From Anthoceros angustus (taxonomy: Eukaryota; Plantae; Anthocerotophyta), in the NCBI GenBank assembly GCA_010909165.1, contig VJWM01000117.1, positions 620,001-684,000 of the forward strand: 64,000 nt of DNA. The letters are read 5' to 3'. Shown one piece after another: positions 62,090 to 64,000 of this stretch (within the stretch, counting starts at the first letter, position 1; every line of letters starts with the position of its first letter). The notes under the pieces are model-generated. The model did no database searches. It was not told where the DNA came from and worked only from the letters and a program-made list of their open reading frames with translations. The translations under genes and the position numbers were made by a program.

Positions 62090-64000
62090 ATGGCCACAGT
62101 ATGGCAACCTGATGCAATGTGGACCCAGCAAATTGGTGAGTGTTCAGGGATTTTACGAGGAGCTCCTGCTCACCTCATCACCGTAGAGAGTCAACTGTTC
62201 GGAGACAACCAAGCCTCCAGGTGCAGCGGTTTAAGGATCCCAGCATTTCCACTTCCCAGGAATTGTGTGGGTTGGGAAGGATTTTGCACCGATGGTCGTC
62301 GACAAAAGCAGGAGCAGGAGCTCCTCTGGGAACAACTTTTTCTGGACCCTACCATGTGGTGGGACAACAGGCGAGATAAGAAGAGCTCCCGTTCGCCTGA
62401 CTTCCGGCGTAAGGGATCTGGCGGCGAGGTCCTGTGGTTGAACAACATGTTCAAGCCAGCTTGGGTGGATGAGCAGCTCGTTACTTTGGATATGCAGATG
62501 GGTCATGGTGCTTCTCCTCTTAAGGCGAGCTCACCGGATAAGCCCGAGGCTGGCAGGCGTGCAGAATTGGAAATGGACGTCGAAATGGCTGCAACAGTGA
62601 GCACGTTATGCCAGCAGGGTAAGCTTGCTGAGGCCGTTGGAACCCTGGAATCTCTGGCGCAGACAGACTCCCCTGTTTCTCCGTCTCTGCTTTATACTGT
62701 GCTGAAGCTGTGTACAGCTAGAAGAGATTTGGTTGTGGGGAAACGACTTCATGACCTCACTGTCAAACTTGGGTACGAGTCGAATGCATACTTGGGCAAC
62801 CATCTCTTGCGCATGTATGCATGTGGAGGTAGGTTACAGGAGGCCATGGATGTGTTCACCAGGGTAGGCAAACCGGATGCCTTTATGTGGGGTTCCATAA
62901 TTTCCGCATATGCTAAGCAAGGGAAACCAAAGGAGGCCATACAACTTTACCATGAGATGCGCAGGTCAGGTGTGAAGGCGGATGCTCACGTCTTTGCAGC
63001 TGCCCTTCAAGCGTGTGCGTTTGCTGCCGATTTGGAATCTGGCAGAAGAGTGCACTGTGATCTGTTGCATAGTCGTATTTCTCTTAACTTGTTTGTGGGT
63101 ACCTGCTTGGTGGATATGTACGCAAAATGTGGTCAACTGGACGATGCACGCGGGGTTTTTGACAGCTTGGAAACAAAAAATGTGGTGACATGGACGGCCC
63201 TTATAGATGGGTATGCAAAATGTGGCGAACTGGACGGTGCACGTCAGGTTTTTGACAGCTTGCCCACAAAAAATGTGGTGACATGGAATGCCCTGATTGC
63301 TGGGTATACACAGCAAGGGCTCGGTCAAGAGGCACTTCTTCTGTATGGACAAATGGAGCAGGAGGGCCTGACTTTGGCTGACGATGTCACTTTTGCTTGC
63401 CTTCTGAAGGCCTGCGCAAGCACTGGTGCTTTACTGAGAGGCAGGCAGCTGCACTCACAGATTGTGGAAAGGGGACTGCTAGATAACATACTTGTTGGCA
63501 CCTGCCTGGTGGACATGTATGCAAAATGTGGCAAACTGGATGATGCACGCATGGTTTTTGACAGCTTAGCCAGGAAGGATGTGGTGACATGGAATGCCCT
63601 GATTGCTGGGTATACACAGCAAGGGCTCGGTCAAGAGGCACTTGTTCTGTATGGACAAATGGAGCAGGAGGGCCTGAATTTGGCTGACGATGTCACTTTT
63701 GCTTGCCTTCTGAGGGCCTGTGCAAGCACTGGTGCCTTACAGAGGGGCAGGCAGCTGCACTCACAGATTGTGGAAAGAGGACTGCTAGATAACATACTTG
63801 TTGGCACCTGCCTGGTGGACATGTATGCAAAATGTGGCAAACTGGATGATGCACGCATGGTTTTTGACAGCTTAGCCAGGAAGGATGTTGTGACATGGAC
63901 GGCCCTGATATCTGGGTATGGTGCTTGTGATGAAACTCAGCTCGCACGAGGTTGTTTCCGGGAGATGTTAGTGGCCGGTATTCAGCCCGATGATGCTGCT
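62090..64000 (+). CDS. PDF-motif + PLS PPR protein, open to the window end (DYW presumably beyond it)
   Basis: ATG GCC ACA GTA TGG at 62090 is in frame with ..QPDDAA at 64000. Contains WWDNRRDKKSSRSPDFRRKG. Absent from the ORF track, consistent with having no stop in the window. Confidence 0.9.
   Translation, partial: MATVWQPDAMWTQQIGECSGILRGAPAHLITVESQLFGDNQASRCSGLRIPAFPLPRNCVGWEGFCTDGRRQKQEQELLWEQLFLDPTMWWDNRRDKKSSRSPDFRRKGSGGEVLWLNNMFKPAWVDEQLVTLDMQMGHGASPLKASSPDKPEAGRRAELEMDVEMAATVSTLCQQGKLAEAVGTLESLAQTDSPVSPSLLYTVLKLCTARRDLVVGKRLHDLTVKLGYESNAYLGNHLLRMYACGGRLQEAMDVFTRVGKPDAFMWGSIISAYAKQGKPKEAIQLYHEMRRSGVKADAHVFAAALQACAFAADLESGRRVHCDLLHSRISLNLFVGTCLVDMYAKCGQLDDARGVFDSLETKNVVTWTALIDGYAKCGELDGARQVFDSLPTKNVVTWNALIAGYTQQGLGQEALLLYGQMEQEGLTLADDVTFACLLKACASTGALLRGRQLHSQIVERGLLDNILVGTCLVDMYAKCGKLDDARMVFDSLARKDVVTWNALIAGYTQQGLGQEALVLYGQMEQEGLNLADDVTFACLLRACASTGALQRGRQLHSQIVERGLLDNILVGTCLVDMYAKCGKLDDARMVFDSLARKDVVTWTALISGYGACDETQLARGCFREMLVAGIQPDDAA

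Overview
Eukaryotic nuclear DNA from a seed-free land plant, most consistent with a hornwort (inferred from the DYW-variant type and the compact 70-100 bp introns). The window is dominated by a tandem, mixed-orientation cluster of about 12 full-length or window-truncated intronless PLS-class PPR genes plus several fragments. Their C-terminal domain is not a canonical DYW. It is the DYW:KP/'GRP' variant (KPAVATIEV instead of the PG box, HAEKLA instead of HSEKLA, CxDCH, C-terminus GRP/RCP/GRL/GRS), the clade linked to U-to-C organellar RNA editing. Nearly every copy also carries, between a transit-peptide-like N-terminus and the PPR array, a ~50-aa module (LWQQFFLDPTMWWDNRRDKKSSRSPDFRRKGSGEVLWLN..KPAWV) that closely resembles the PDF ssDNA-binding motif of plant organellar OSB/PTAC9 proteins. 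That fusion is the most striking feature. Only two complete copies (7522-10431, 36857-39553) and one running off the window end (62090-) have unbroken frames. Many breaks look like unpolished long-read errors. Interspersed are an intron-rich SDR gene, RPL23A, tRNA-Gly(TCC), a divergent MADS-box ORF, a 3.8-kb long-TIR foldback element, a SINE-like repeat, a Ty3/Gypsy integrase remnant, carrier-protein pseudo-fragments and many minisatellites.
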